A DNA stretch of 64,000 nt. Source: Candidatus Brocadiia bacterium. Lineage in GTDB: Bacteria; Planctomycetota; Brocadiia; SM23-32. The stretch is taken from positions 96,001-160,000 of the forward strand of contig JBKHIT010000003.1 of the NCBI GenBank assembly GCA_046538485.1, given 5' to 3'. The notes beneath the pieces were generated by a model. It did no database searches. It saw only the letters and a list, made by a program, of their open reading frames with translations, and was not told the origin of the DNA. The number at the start of each line of letters is the position of its first letter. The stretch's first letter is position 1. Both the position numbers and the translations under genes were made by a program. Positions 10,412 to 20,043 of the stretch are shown here, piece after piece.

Positions 10412-10616
10412 CCCATTTCTATTTAAAGTACAGAAAATGCATTCAATTGTTTCCAGAGCTATGTTTCCCTTTCTTTGTGAGGAAAGAAACATATTTGCGG
10501 GCACTAAAGCGTTTGACGAATGGCACCTGAGAGAGATAATGTCGAAAGATTAGAGTTTTCATTCCAAGCAGAAAGAATTTCGCATCCCCGATGGTAATAG
10601 CATCCAGGAGAAAATA

Positions 10617-11402
10617 ATGACAGATGAAGAAATTTTCGCCCATGCTGGCGAAGAAAAAGTAAGTCGAGCTATTGTGTCTGCATTTTCCCAAGAATTGCTC
10701 GAATACATCGAAAGTGATTGCCTGATAATTGGTGGTGGCCCCAGCGGCTTGATGCTTGCCCGAGAGGTGGCATCCAGCGGATTAAAGACTCTGATTGTCG
10801 AGCGAAACAACTACCTCGGTGGCGGTTTTTGGCTGGGAGGCTACCTCATGAATAAACTCACCATCCGTGCCCCCGCTCAGAAAGAACTCGACGACCTCGG
10901 AATTCCCTATACCCAGGCTGAAGAAGGTCTTTATGTTGCTGACGGACCCCTGGCGTGCTCGAAACTCATAGTTGAAGCATGCGAAGCCGGTGCAAAAGTG
11001 CTTAACATGACAAGTTTCGAAGACGTGGTGGTTCGAGAAGGCGGACGGGTGGCCGGCGCGGTCATCAACTGGACCCCGGTTGCAAACCTTCCAGTACAGG
11101 TGCGTTGTGTCGATCCCATATCGCTGAAGGCTGACTATGTGGTTGATGCTACGGGACACGATGCTTTTGTGCTGCACTCTCTGGAAGACAGGGGATTTTT
11201 CGAGACGAAGGGGTACGGTGCCATGTGGGTGGAGCGGTCTGAGGATTTGATTGTACAAAAAACGGGTGAAGTTCACCCGGGTCTTATTGCTGTGGGGATG
11301 TCAGTGAGCACGGCTTTCGGAGTCCCTCGGATGGGCCCTACTTTTGGTGCAATGTTGCTTTCAGGGAAGAAAGGGGCCGAAGTTATTCTTAAAAACCACT
11401 GA
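10617..11402 (+). CDS. thi4: THI4-family adenosine diphosphate thiazole synthase (Cys-type)
   Basis: GGGPSGL, ERNNYLGGGFWLGG, NWTPV...CVDP, DATGHDA, PRMGPTFGAMLLSG; SD CAGGAG. Confidence 0.95.
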   Translation: MTDEEIFAHAGEEKVSRAIVSAFSQELLEYIESDCLIIGGGPSGLMLAREVASSGLKTLIVERNNYLGGGFWLGGYLMNKLTIRAPAQKELDDLGIPYTQAEEGLYVADGPLACSKLIVEACEAGAKVLNMTSFEDVVVREGGRVAGAVINWTPVANLPVQVRCVDPISLKADYVVDATGHDAFVLHSLEDRGFFETKGYGAMWVERSEDLIVQKTGEVHPGLIAVGMSVSTAFGVPRMGPTFGAMLLSGKKGAEVILKNH

Positions 11403-11544
11403 GTTCTGGCTACAGATTTTTTTGGTTTTAAAGATATTCGGGCAAAATGTGTAATTCCCATTCGAAATTGAAGTTGCGGATTTGAAAATGGCACAATGAT
11501 CGTTTCAATAGTGGTTTGAATTGTTTCTAAGGGCAGAGATTCCA

Positions 11545-12459
11545 ATGGTATCGCAAAACAAAATGGTTCAGGAACTGGATGATCTTAAATCTCGCCGTAA
11601 CGCCATTCTCCTCGTACATAACTACCAGGTGCCAGAGTTACAGGATGTGGCCGACTTTCGGGGAGATTCCCTGGGCCTCAGTCGGAAAGCCGCCGAAAGT
11701 GACGCCGACGTTATCGTTTTTTGTGGCGTGCATTTTATGGCTGAAACGGCTTCAATCCTCTGCAGGGAAAAAACAGTGCTCATCCCGGATTTGCACTGTG
11801 GGTGTCCGATGGCTGATATGATTGATGCCGAGCAGTTGCGTGCTTTGAAGCGTGAGCACCCCGGGGCCGTGGTCGTTTGTTACGTTAACAGCAGTGCGGA
11901 AGTAAAGGCCGAGAGCGATTTGTGCTGCACATCCGCCAATTCTCAAGAAATAGTGAATTCTGTCGGAAAAGACAGGTCGATAATTTTCGTTCCGGACAGG
12001 TTCCTGGGCACGTATACAGCATCCCAGACAGGGCGTGATTTGATCTTGTGGGACGGATATTGCCCTGTGCATGCCAATATGAGTCCAGAAGATATCGCAC
12101 GGGCGCGACGGGAACACCCGGGTGCGGCCATCGTGGTTCATCCCGAATGCGGGCCGGAGGTAACTGAAAAAGCTGATGCGGTGGAATCAACGAGTGGTAT
12201 GTGTCGTTTCTCCGGCAAGACCAAGGCAAATGAAATCGTTGTTGGGACGGAAGTCGGTATGATATACCGTCTGCAAACGGATTACCCGGACAAGTCGTTT
12301 TATCCTCTTCTCAAATCGGCGGAGTGCGCGGGTATGAAACGGAATTCTTTTCAGAAAGTGGTCTTTGCGCTCCGGGAAATGCAACACAAGGTTAAGGTTC
12401 CTGAAGATATCGCTGAGAGGGCCGAGGACGCCATAAACGCGATGGTCCAGGCAGGATGA
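11545..12459 (+). CDS. nadA: Quinolinate synthase
   Basis: HNYQ, GDSLGL, CGVHFMAET, GCPMAD, YVNSSA, CPVH, HPEC, and a third Fe-S Cys in ECAGMK. Confidence 0.96.
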   Translation: MVSQNKMVQELDDLKSRRNAILLVHNYQVPELQDVADFRGDSLGLSRKAAESDADVIVFCGVHFMAETASILCREKTVLIPDLHCGCPMADMIDAEQLRALKREHPGAVVVCYVNSSAEVKAESDLCCTSANSQEIVNSVGKDRSIIFVPDRFLGTYTASQTGRDLILWDGYCPVHANMSPEDIARARREHPGAAIVVHPECGPEVTEKADAVESTSGMCRFSGKTKANEIVVGTEVGMIYRLQTDYPDKSFYPLLKSAECAGMKRNSFQKVVFALREMQHKVKVPEDIAERAEDAINAMVQAG

Positions 12460-12657
12460 AAGGCCCCGAATACGAACCTCGGAGGGAAAACGGGCGATTA
12501 ATAAGTAGCGTCGGCTCAGGGGAAATACAGGAGGTCTTTGACTCCGCGAAATTAATGCCGCCGTGTTTGCGGTCTGTGAACCGGGGGTTTTGCTTTGACT
12601 GTGGCGGTGTGGCCATTAGAATCATCATATGTTTTTCTTGTTTCCACAGGTGCAGCG

Positions 12658-15024
12658 ATGAAACGTGTCTTATTGGTCATAATGACGGTGTTTTTGGTGA
12701 ATTTCTCCGGCATAATTGCGGGAGAGCAGGGCCAGACCGACTCCAGGGAGTCAATTTTTCGTTTTGCCGGGCCTCATCTTTTCCCGTATAACCCGCGGAT
12801 AAGCAATTTGAGGGTGGCGGATGTCAACAGTGATGGCGGCCTGGACCTCGTGTTTTTAAATAACCGTCTGAGCAAAGTGGAGTTTCGTCTTCAGAAAACC
12901 GGGCAGGCAGGGGGAGAGGACACCGATTCTACCAATACTAAAGAGCCAAATAAGATCGAAGCTGCCCGTTTGCTTAAGGAAGATGCCTTCCCGACAAGTC
13001 ACACAATCAGAGCGTACAGCCCCATCCGCATGGGCGAAAAAACCCCCGGTATAGCGTATTTTTGCGATACCAGAGAGCTTTTCCTGGCCGTGAGTAAGGA
13101 AAATGGGGATTGGGAGCAACGTCAGAGAATGTTGTTGGAAGTCGATTCATCTTATGTGGGAGGTTTTGAAACCGCTGATTTGAACGGCGACGGCCTGGAA
13201 GATCTGGTTTTTCTCACAAGTAAAGCATTGCTGGTTTTTCCCCAGGACAGAACTGATCGCAGGTTAATGGCGCCGCGGCGATATCCGGTTGCGAAGACGA
13301 ATCCTCGCCTGCTTCGCCTGGGCGATATAAGTGGCGATGGGAGGCCGGATTACATCTATGTGGCCTCTGGCACGTTCTATCCGTTGCGCGTGCGTATCAC
13401 TCAGAGGGACGGAGCGGCGGGGCCGGAACACAGGTTCCGAATGCCAGGACCGCGAGATATTGCGGTGGGCGAGATTGATGGCCGAAAAGGATGCGAACTG
13501 GTTGTTATTGAATCTACTACCAACAGGATCAAAATTTTGCGGTGGTCGCGTGAAAAGCCCGAAGAAGAAGACGAATTTGACTATTCAAACGTTCGGTTGA
13601 CGCCTTTGCCAAAGGACAAGATGGCAGAGAAAAGAGACTTTGCTATCGGTGATGTTGATGGAAACGGTCTTGAAGATATTATTGTGACAAGTCCGGCGTC
13701 TTCGCAGGTGACGCTCATCAGGTCGGGGAAAAAGACAGGTATGTTGCCGCCAGAGAATTTCCCGGCATTTAAACGAACCGATCAGCTTATCATTGCTCCG
13801 AGGGGCAAGGAGGGCAGAAACGTCGTTTTCATGCTGAGCAAAGAAGAAAAAATCGTCGGAGTGAGCTTTTTCGACACCGTAAAGGGGCGTCTGACCTATC
13901 CGCAACCGATTGATACTGGCGGAAAACCGCTGAACATTGCTTTAAACCCGGGCTCAGCGGACCGCAAGGCGGGGTTGTGGTGTATGGTTGAGAAAAAGCT
14001 CGAGGATAAAGAGGAGAAGAAAAAAGAACTTTTTATTGTTTTGCTAACAGAATCCAAAGGCAAATACATTGTTGCGACCGAAACAATTGCGCCCGGGTTG
14101 GACTCGGCACCGGAGAGAGTACTTCCGATAAATCTCAACAAAGACGGGCGGGTAGATTTAATGTGCCTGAGAAAATACGAATCGCCGGTATTGCTCGTTC
14201 AAAAGGCGGATGGGACGTTCGAGAACGTGACGGCTAGAGCGGATTTTCGAGGTCATATTCTACGGGATATAAGCAGAGCCACCGTTCACGCCGCGCCATT
14301 AAAAAAAGGGACGGATCCGCTTATTTTTGTAGCAAGCGGCAATTTAATCCGGGCGGTTGCTTTCGAAAAAAAGAATCTCGTTGTGAAGGAACAATTCAGC
14401 AGTGAACGAGGGAACGCAAAGTTTGCAGCACTTCATATTGCAGATCTGGATTCTGACGGTGAGAATGAGATCCTGGCGCTTGATTCCAACGACGATCTGC
14501 TGAATTTCCTGGATAGAGATGAGAAAGGGATTTTCCAGACCAGGCGGAAAACCGATGTGGGAAGTTTTGGTCTTCTGGGTTTGGTTCGAATTGATCAGGA
14601 TGGCGATGGACAAAAGGAAATTGTCTTTGTCGGGACGAAGAAACTCGGCGTGATGTCACGTTCCGCGTCACGACCAAGGTTAACCGAAATCGGAATGGTC
14701 GAGGCTGATCGGGATCGGGTGCACTACGGACAGGTGCTGGTGGGCGATCTGAACAACGATGGTCGTTCTGACCTTGTGCTACGAGAGCTGGCAAAACACC
14801 AGCTTGAGATTTACAGCTATTCACTCGGGCAGAGAGGAAACATGAACTGGAAGAGCAAGTTTCGTTTCCCGGTTTTTGAATCCCATAGTTTTCGAAGCGG
14901 TTCCTCGAGTCAGCATGGTCAACAGCCGAGGGAACTTGTGCTGGGCGACGTTACGGGAGACGGGCTGACGGATATGGCTATTATTGTTCATGACCGTGTC
15001 ATTGTCTATCCGCAACAAAAATAG
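12658..15024 (+). CDS. Secreted FG-GAP/VCBS repeat beta-propeller protein
   Basis: Signal peptide MKRVLLVIMTVFLV...A; many DxN/DGDGxxD repeats (DVNSDGGLD, DLNGDGLED, DVDGNGLED, DLNNDGRSD, DVTGDGLTD). Confidence 0.9.
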   Translation: MKRVLLVIMTVFLVNFSGIIAGEQGQTDSRESIFRFAGPHLFPYNPRISNLRVADVNSDGGLDLVFLNNRLSKVEFRLQKTGQAGGEDTDSTNTKEPNKIEAARLLKEDAFPTSHTIRAYSPIRMGEKTPGIAYFCDTRELFLAVSKENGDWEQRQRMLLEVDSSYVGGFETADLNGDGLEDLVFLTSKALLVFPQDRTDRRLMAPRRYPVAKTNPRLLRLGDISGDGRPDYIYVASGTFYPLRVRITQRDGAAGPEHRFRMPGPRDIAVGEIDGRKGCELVVIESTTNRIKILRWSREKPEEEDEFDYSNVRLTPLPKDKMAEKRDFAIGDVDGNGLEDIIVTSPASSQVTLIRSGKKTGMLPPENFPAFKRTDQLIIAPRGKEGRNVVFMLSKEEKIVGVSFFDTVKGRLTYPQPIDTGGKPLNIALNPGSADRKAGLWCMVEKKLEDKEEKKKELFIVLLTESKGKYIVATETIAPGLDSAPERVLPINLNKDGRVDLMCLRKYESPVLLVQKADGTFENVTARADFRGHILRDISRATVHAAPLKKGTDPLIFVASGNLIRAVAFEKKNLVVKEQFSSERGNAKFAALHIADLDSDGENEILALDSNDDLLNFLDRDEKGIFQTRRKTDVGSFGLLGLVRIDQDGDGQKEIVFVGTKKLGVMSRSASRPRLTEIGMVEADRDRVHYGQVLVGDLNNDGRSDLVLRELAKHQLEIYSYSLGQRGNMNWKSKFRFPVFESHSFRSGSSSQHGQQPRELVLGDVTGDGLTDMAIIVHDRVIVYPQQK

Positions 15025-15034
15025 GAGTTGGTTA

Positions 15035-17086
15035 ATGAGGGATGCGACTCTCCGCAGTGAAGTTTGTGAGATTTCGGAAAAAGATTTCTGGTCTTCGTTC
15101 CGAATTCTCGAGGAGAAAGAGCCCGACGCTTCAAGAAAGCTGGAGGCTGCAATTGGTTTGGCTGAAGGTGGGCACAAAGCACGGGCGTACAACCGGATTG
15201 CCGATTACCATATGATGACACTTGCGGAGGAGTGGGAAAGTATCCGGGACGAGTTTGTTTCGAAAAGTGTACCGGATTCGGAAGAATTGGATGACCTCTA
15301 CGAACGCCGGATCAAGGGGCCAGCTGGTAAAAGTGTGAGTTTCGGTGAGGACTTTGATTGGAACTGTCGAGAGTTTGGCCCACAGGGTTGTTACAGGTTT
15401 CATCGTCTTGAATGGCTTATGCCGGCTGTTCAGAAATATATTCGCGACGGGGAGAGACGTTGGGCGCGTTTTTTGAACCGGGTTCTTGTCAGTTATTACC
15501 ACGCCCGGAATAATGAGGATTATCTCGGTAATAAACAGCATCCCGTTTACTGTGAACGGGGGATTGATCGCAAACTGGATGTTCTTTTGCCTGCTTATCT
15601 TGCGCTTGTCAATAATGATGATGCTGCGGTTGATACGGTTGAAGCCATTTTGAAATTTTTTCTTGGATTTGGACGTTGGTTGCAAAGTGCTGTCAAAAAT
15701 TTTAGGCCCGATGCGGCCCATTGCGTTGGCACTGCCAGTCTTTTCCGCCTGGCACGTCTTTTCCCGGAATTTGAGAAAAGCCGCGACTGGGAGGATCAAA
15801 CGATCGATAATCTCGTTTCGCATGCGGACAAAAGTTTTACCAACGACGGATGCCACATAAGCCGCTGTTGGCAAACAGGATGGTGTGTTCTAGGTGCTTT
15901 AACAGAGGCGTATCTTCTGGCCGTAAAGCGAGGCGGTTTTCCAAAAGAAGAAAGGCATTTTCGCAATCGACTTCGGATTGCATTCCGTTGGATGGCGCGT
16001 ACCATGGGGCCCGGTGATACCATGCCGGGCTACGGGAATGGCTGGGTGAAGGAAAGCCCGGAAGTCTTTGATCTCGCCGGCAAACTTTTTCGCGATACGG
16101 GGGACCGTTATTTCGGGGAAGATCGCGGGCGCTCCTGGCGGCTGCGACGTTCCGGTTATGCCGTAATGAGAAACGGGACGGGGGCAACGTCCGGATATCT
16201 GTTGCTTAACTTCGGCCGTTTTGCGGATGACCAGGCCCATTTTGATCTATTGAACCTGGATTTTTGGGCTTACGGACAACCTCTTATAGATGAAGCCGGC
16301 GGCTCTTGCTCACAAGATCAGGGGCTTGATTGCGTTATGAGAACGCCGAGAAGCCATAATCAGGTGCTTATCGATGGCCATCCGTATGATTCCCGTGCTA
16401 TTGAAGCCAAAGATATCATCTGGAAATCGACACAAGAAATCGATTTTTTCTCCGCTTGCCATCGGGCATACCGGAAAAGGGGAGAAGTTGATGGCCGAGA
16501 TTTTATTCCGAGCATGGATGCTGTGATCAGGCGAACTGTCGTCTTTGTCAAAAAACCAGGATATGCTGTTGTAATGGATTCGGTGCAGCCCGAAGGGAAC
16601 GGAGATTATAATCGTTCTATTTCAGCGTGGTGGCACTCAAGCCAGCCATTCAAAGTGGCAGCTACCGGACGGGCTATTACTAAAGGTAGTCCCGGGATGC
16701 TCGTGTTTTCGGTCCGTCCACAGGGGATCCACCGTATGGAAACCGGTGTTGACCGATATCCGGATGAATGCATGGAAAAAAACATGGCCCGCTACTACCT
16801 CCGGGTGAGGCGGTGGGGCGCACCGGGGCACACCGGTTGCCTGGGCTTTATCACGTTGCTGTATCCTTTCGAGGATAAAACTCCTGAGATCGCTTTTGAT
16901 ACGCTGCCCACGCACGGAGGAGAACAGTGGCGGAGCGAGGCCATCGAAGTAAGGAGTCCTGCGGGGCGCGATATTTTGGTTTTGAATCCCGAAAGAATGC
17001 GCAATTTGCTCTGGCGTGGTCGTGATCTGAGCTCGCGTGCCTGGATCCGGCTGGGCGGGGAGCGGGGGACAGTAACTGTCGAATGA
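15035..17086 (+). CDS. Heparinase II/III-family protein (catalytic motifs appear degenerate)
   Basis: FHRLEWL, FPEF..S..W, DGCH, SGYAVMR, HFDLLNL...G..LI.EAG, SHNQVLIDG; SD AGGAG. Confidence 0.8.
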   Translation: MRDATLRSEVCEISEKDFWSSFRILEEKEPDASRKLEAAIGLAEGGHKARAYNRIADYHMMTLAEEWESIRDEFVSKSVPDSEELDDLYERRIKGPAGKSVSFGEDFDWNCREFGPQGCYRFHRLEWLMPAVQKYIRDGERRWARFLNRVLVSYYHARNNEDYLGNKQHPVYCERGIDRKLDVLLPAYLALVNNDDAAVDTVEAILKFFLGFGRWLQSAVKNFRPDAAHCVGTASLFRLARLFPEFEKSRDWEDQTIDNLVSHADKSFTNDGCHISRCWQTGWCVLGALTEAYLLAVKRGGFPKEERHFRNRLRIAFRWMARTMGPGDTMPGYGNGWVKESPEVFDLAGKLFRDTGDRYFGEDRGRSWRLRRSGYAVMRNGTGATSGYLLLNFGRFADDQAHFDLLNLDFWAYGQPLIDEAGGSCSQDQGLDCVMRTPRSHNQVLIDGHPYDSRAIEAKDIIWKSTQEIDFFSACHRAYRKRGEVDGRDFIPSMDAVIRRTVVFVKKPGYAVVMDSVQPEGNGDYNRSISAWWHSSQPFKVAATGRAITKGSPGMLVFSVRPQGIHRMETGVDRYPDECMEKNMARYYLRVRRWGAPGHTGCLGFITLLYPFEDKTPEIAFDTLPTHGGEQWRSEAIEVRSPAGRDILVLNPERMRNLLWRGRDLSSRAWIRLGGERGTVTVE

Positions 17087-17093
17087 GAGATGA

Positions 17094-17981
17094 TCAAGCC
17101 CGGGGATGAGATTGATCGTAAATTTCTTTCAGGTTCTCGGTGGTCAGGTGTGTGTAAATCTGTGTGGTACTCAGATTCTCATGACCGAGCAGCTCCTGAA
17201 TCGAACGAAGGTCTGCTCCGTTTTGAAGCATGTGGGTGGCAAAACTGTGCCTTAGAGAATGGGGACTGAGATTTGCGTCAAGACCCGCTTTCAGAAGATA
17301 TTTTCGCAGAATGCGCCGGACACTCCGCGATGTTAAACGCCCCCCATCGACCGCATTAATAAAAAGCGCAATTGGGCTGCGATCGGGCAGGTTCGCCTCT
17401 CGGACCTTGCTGCGATAGCTGCGAATAGCCCGGATTGCCGTCGACCCCAAAGGAGCGAGGCGTTCTTTCTTGCCTTTCCCTTGCACACGAGCAACTTCCG
17501 CCGAAAGGTCAAGATCGTCAAGATCCAGCGAAACGAGCTCGCTAACCCGCAGTCCGCCCCCATAAAGTGTCTCAAGTATCGCCAGGTCGCGGGCCCCTTT
17601 CCAATCGGTCGTTTCCGGGGCATCCATCAAGCGTTCAATATCTGCGACTGTGAGAAAACGAGGCAGTTTCTTTTCCTGCCGGGGCGTCCGCAGGACCGAA
17701 ACCGGATTCTTCTTTATGTAGCCCTCCCTGTACATAAATTTATAGAGAGAACGAATGGCTGATACTTTCCGCGCGACGGTGCTTCTCGACAGCCCACGGG
17801 CGCGGAGAGTTGCCAGAAAACCCCTTACGTCCCGGAGAACTGCTGCCTGTACCTCTTTTTCGCGCGCATTAAGGAAATCACGGAAATCCTCAAGGTCCGT
17901 CCGATAGGCGCGTAGAGTGTGTTCAGAATAGCTTTTCTCAACTTTGAGCCGGTTCAAAAACTGGTCGACAAGAGAATCCAT
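17094..17981 (-). CDS. xerC: Tyrosine recombinase XerC
   Basis: SAM-like N-domain (SEHTLRAYRTDL); catalytic R (GLRVSEL), K (GKGKKER), HSLRH, LLGH and TQIY. Confidence 0.9.
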   Translation of the reverse strand: MDSLVDQFLNRLKVEKSYSEHTLRAYRTDLEDFRDFLNAREKEVQAAVLRDVRGFLATLRARGLSRSTVARKVSAIRSLYKFMYREGYIKKNPVSVLRTPRQEKKLPRFLTVADIERLMDAPETTDWKGARDLAILETLYGGGLRVSELVSLDLDDLDLSAEVARVQGKGKKERLAPLGSTAIRAIRSYRSKVREANLPDRSPIALFINAVDGGRLTSRSVRRILRKYLLKAGLDANLSPHSLRHSFATHMLQNGADLRSIQELLGHENLSTTQIYTHLTTENLKEIYDQSHPRA

Positions 17982-18020
17982 CTGGCATCCAATCAAGAAG
18001 GAAAAACGGAGTCGGGTTAC

Positions 18021-18292
18021 TAGTGGTCCGTTCCACTTGATGTTGTGCGTTCAGCCGTTCGTCGGCGGTTCAGATGCAAGGCGCAGTGAGAAGTTCGACC
18101 CAAGTGGGTCCACGCCGAACTGCAACGCCGCAGATGGGCCGCCGCCGTCCGGCCCGAGGGGAGCAATTCTGCCGGGCCATTTCTTCGTTGCGGCTTCGCA
18201 GGGACCCGTCCGGGTCACCTTTGGCGCCGCGCTTCGAACTGACCTCGGCAGAAATGCTCTGAACCCACAAAATCAAATGGAACGGACCACTA
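18021..18292. mobile_element. MITE-like element with 34 bp terminal inverted repeats
   Basis: 18021-18054 TAGTGGTCCGTTCCACTTGATGTTGTGCGTTCAG vs reverse complement of 18259-18292 TAGTGGTCCGTTCCATTTGATTTTGTGGGTTCAG (31/34 identical); both ends TA; no transposase; internal inverted lobes. Confidence 0.8.
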
Positions 18293-18519
18293 TCCTGCAT
18301 CTTACGGATGCAGGCTATATAAAACGGCGCATGTCGTTTAGGAGTAAGAACTTACGAAAACAAGAAGTGTTCACAATTTCCGACCACCGCCGCCGTGCCG
18401 GAAGATGTCTGTATCTTCCTTGCGAAAAAGCAGTTAAAGCCAGTCGTTTCTCAACGTAACGTTCGCCTCGTTGGTGATCACTGATTTGAAGTTGTCAGAT
18501 TTTATGCGCCGTTTTTTTC

Positions 18520-18704
18520 GCCCGGATTTTGGGCTGGGAAGGGTTGTGAACGGTGTTCAATAAAGATTCTACCCTGATTGGGCAACAATAGCTCCCAATT
18601 ATCCGTAAAATCCGGGCTAGAAAGGCAAAAAGGCTAAGACACCTATCTTCCAGACCACTAGAATAGCATTTGTGAGGGAGCAGTCTCAAGAAATATCGGG
18701 GCCA
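18520..18704. repeat. Cluster of degenerate MITE-like end sequences
   Basis: GCCCGGATTTT (18520-30)/AAAATCCGGGC(TAG) (18607-20) inverted pair; GACCACTAG (~18653-61); AAGAAATATCGGGGC (~18688). Confidence 0.5.
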
Positions 18705-18932
18705 TGCTGACCCGCCGGGGTGGATGTTCGGCGGGGGATTTTTGGTGTCTGCTTTCTTTCGACCCATATCGTTGGCATTTTTTATAAGTCAAAAATGCCC
18801 ATTAAGGCGGACAGAAACGACCTGGAAATGCGAAGAAACTTGACATTGGTTCTTTGCTCGGGTAGGTTTCCACATTCGGCGAAATTGTGGGTGGGGGCGT
18901 TTATGAACCACTGATATAAATGGGAGAATGGG

Positions 18933-19910
18933 ATGGATCCGGACAAACTGGAAGTTGGGGAACTTGTTACAGACGTTTTTCTGATTGCAAAATCGAGACT
19001 TGGGACAGACCGACGCGGGCAGAATTATTACACTCTTACCGTGAACTGTGCAGGTGGCAAACAGCTGGAGGCTAAAATTTGGAGTGACAATATCGGGGCT
19101 CCTCTGGAGGTCGGGCAGGCTATTGAGGCCCTTGCTCGCGTTGACGAATATATGGGAGATACACAACTTAACATTCAACGTTATGAGGTTATTCCTCCGG
19201 AAGAATTCGACCCTTCTCCGTACGTCCGTTCCAGCGATATTGACGCTGATGCTGCGTTTAACACTTTGTTCGATTGGCAAGGGGACGATTTTAGCAATCC
19301 ATACCTCAAGCGTTTGATGAAAGAACTTTACGAGAACGAAGGATTTGCCCGATCATTCAAGACAAGTCCCGCTGCGAGTCATCACCATCACAACTACCTC
19401 GGCGGTCTCGCCGAGCATACGCTTGAGGTGTGGGAGCTGGCTGAACGGTTCTGCGCGCAGTACGAAGAACAGATAAGCCGGGAACTTGTGCTGGCGGGAG
19501 CCGCCTTACATGACATCGGGAAAATCCGCTGCTATGAACTTCTCAGTGGAGTGAGCGAACATACAGATGAAGGCTACCTGCTGAATCATATCTTCATAAG
19601 CTCCTCTATGATCAGTAATCTTTGGGACCAAAACGTCACACCGGAGGTCGACCCGGAAAATAAAGAGGAAGCTAACGAGCTGAAACATGTTTTGCTTCAC
19701 ATCATCCTCAGTCATCACGGGAAAAAAGAATGGGGCTCGCCCATCATACCCCAGACCCCCGAGGCGCTGCTGATTCATTATTGCGATCAAATCAGCGCGA
19801 CCATGCGCACGTGTTTCGATGCCGTGGAAGAAATCCCTGAAGGTGAATCGTGGACGGACTGGCTTCTCGTGATGGACAACCGGCGAAAGCTCTTTGCGCC
19901 CGAGCGTTGA
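18933..19910 (+). CDS. YhaM/CBF1-like 3'-5' exoribonuclease (OB fold plus HD domain)
   Basis: N-terminal OB (EAKIW, V.EY.G..QL.I), PAASHHHHNYLGGLAEH, LHDIGK, SHHG, P.TPEA..IHYCD. Confidence 0.88.
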   Translation: MDPDKLEVGELVTDVFLIAKSRLGTDRRGQNYYTLTVNCAGGKQLEAKIWSDNIGAPLEVGQAIEALARVDEYMGDTQLNIQRYEVIPPEEFDPSPYVRSSDIDADAAFNTLFDWQGDDFSNPYLKRLMKELYENEGFARSFKTSPAASHHHHNYLGGLAEHTLEVWELAERFCAQYEEQISRELVLAGAALHDIGKIRCYELLSGVSEHTDEGYLLNHIFISSSMISNLWDQNVTPEVDPENKEEANELKHVLLHIILSHHGKKEWGSPIIPQTPEALLIHYCDQISATMRTCFDAVEEIPEGESWTDWLLVMDNRRKLFAPER

Positions 19911-20043
19911 AGTGGTCTGAAAAATCGTTTCAGTCTCCAGATCATGCAGGGAAGATGAAAACAGGATCGTCAAAGACCACAAAAACCCGACGCAAGACAA
20001 AAATTGAAAATCGCGGTACCGCTCGTTTTATAAGGAGAACGTT

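Noticed and set aside
10441..10616. TPP riboswitch upstream of thi4
   Set aside because: CTGAGA and one hairpin are present, but the remaining conserved TPP aptamer elements are not.
11489..11503. Sigma-54 promoter upstream of nadA (TGGCAC)
   Set aside because: The -12 TTGC element is missing at the required spacing.
17094..17981. Recombinase as the integrase of a prophage or island
   Set aside because: Its size and motifs fit housekeeping XerC, and no phage genes or att repeats were seen.
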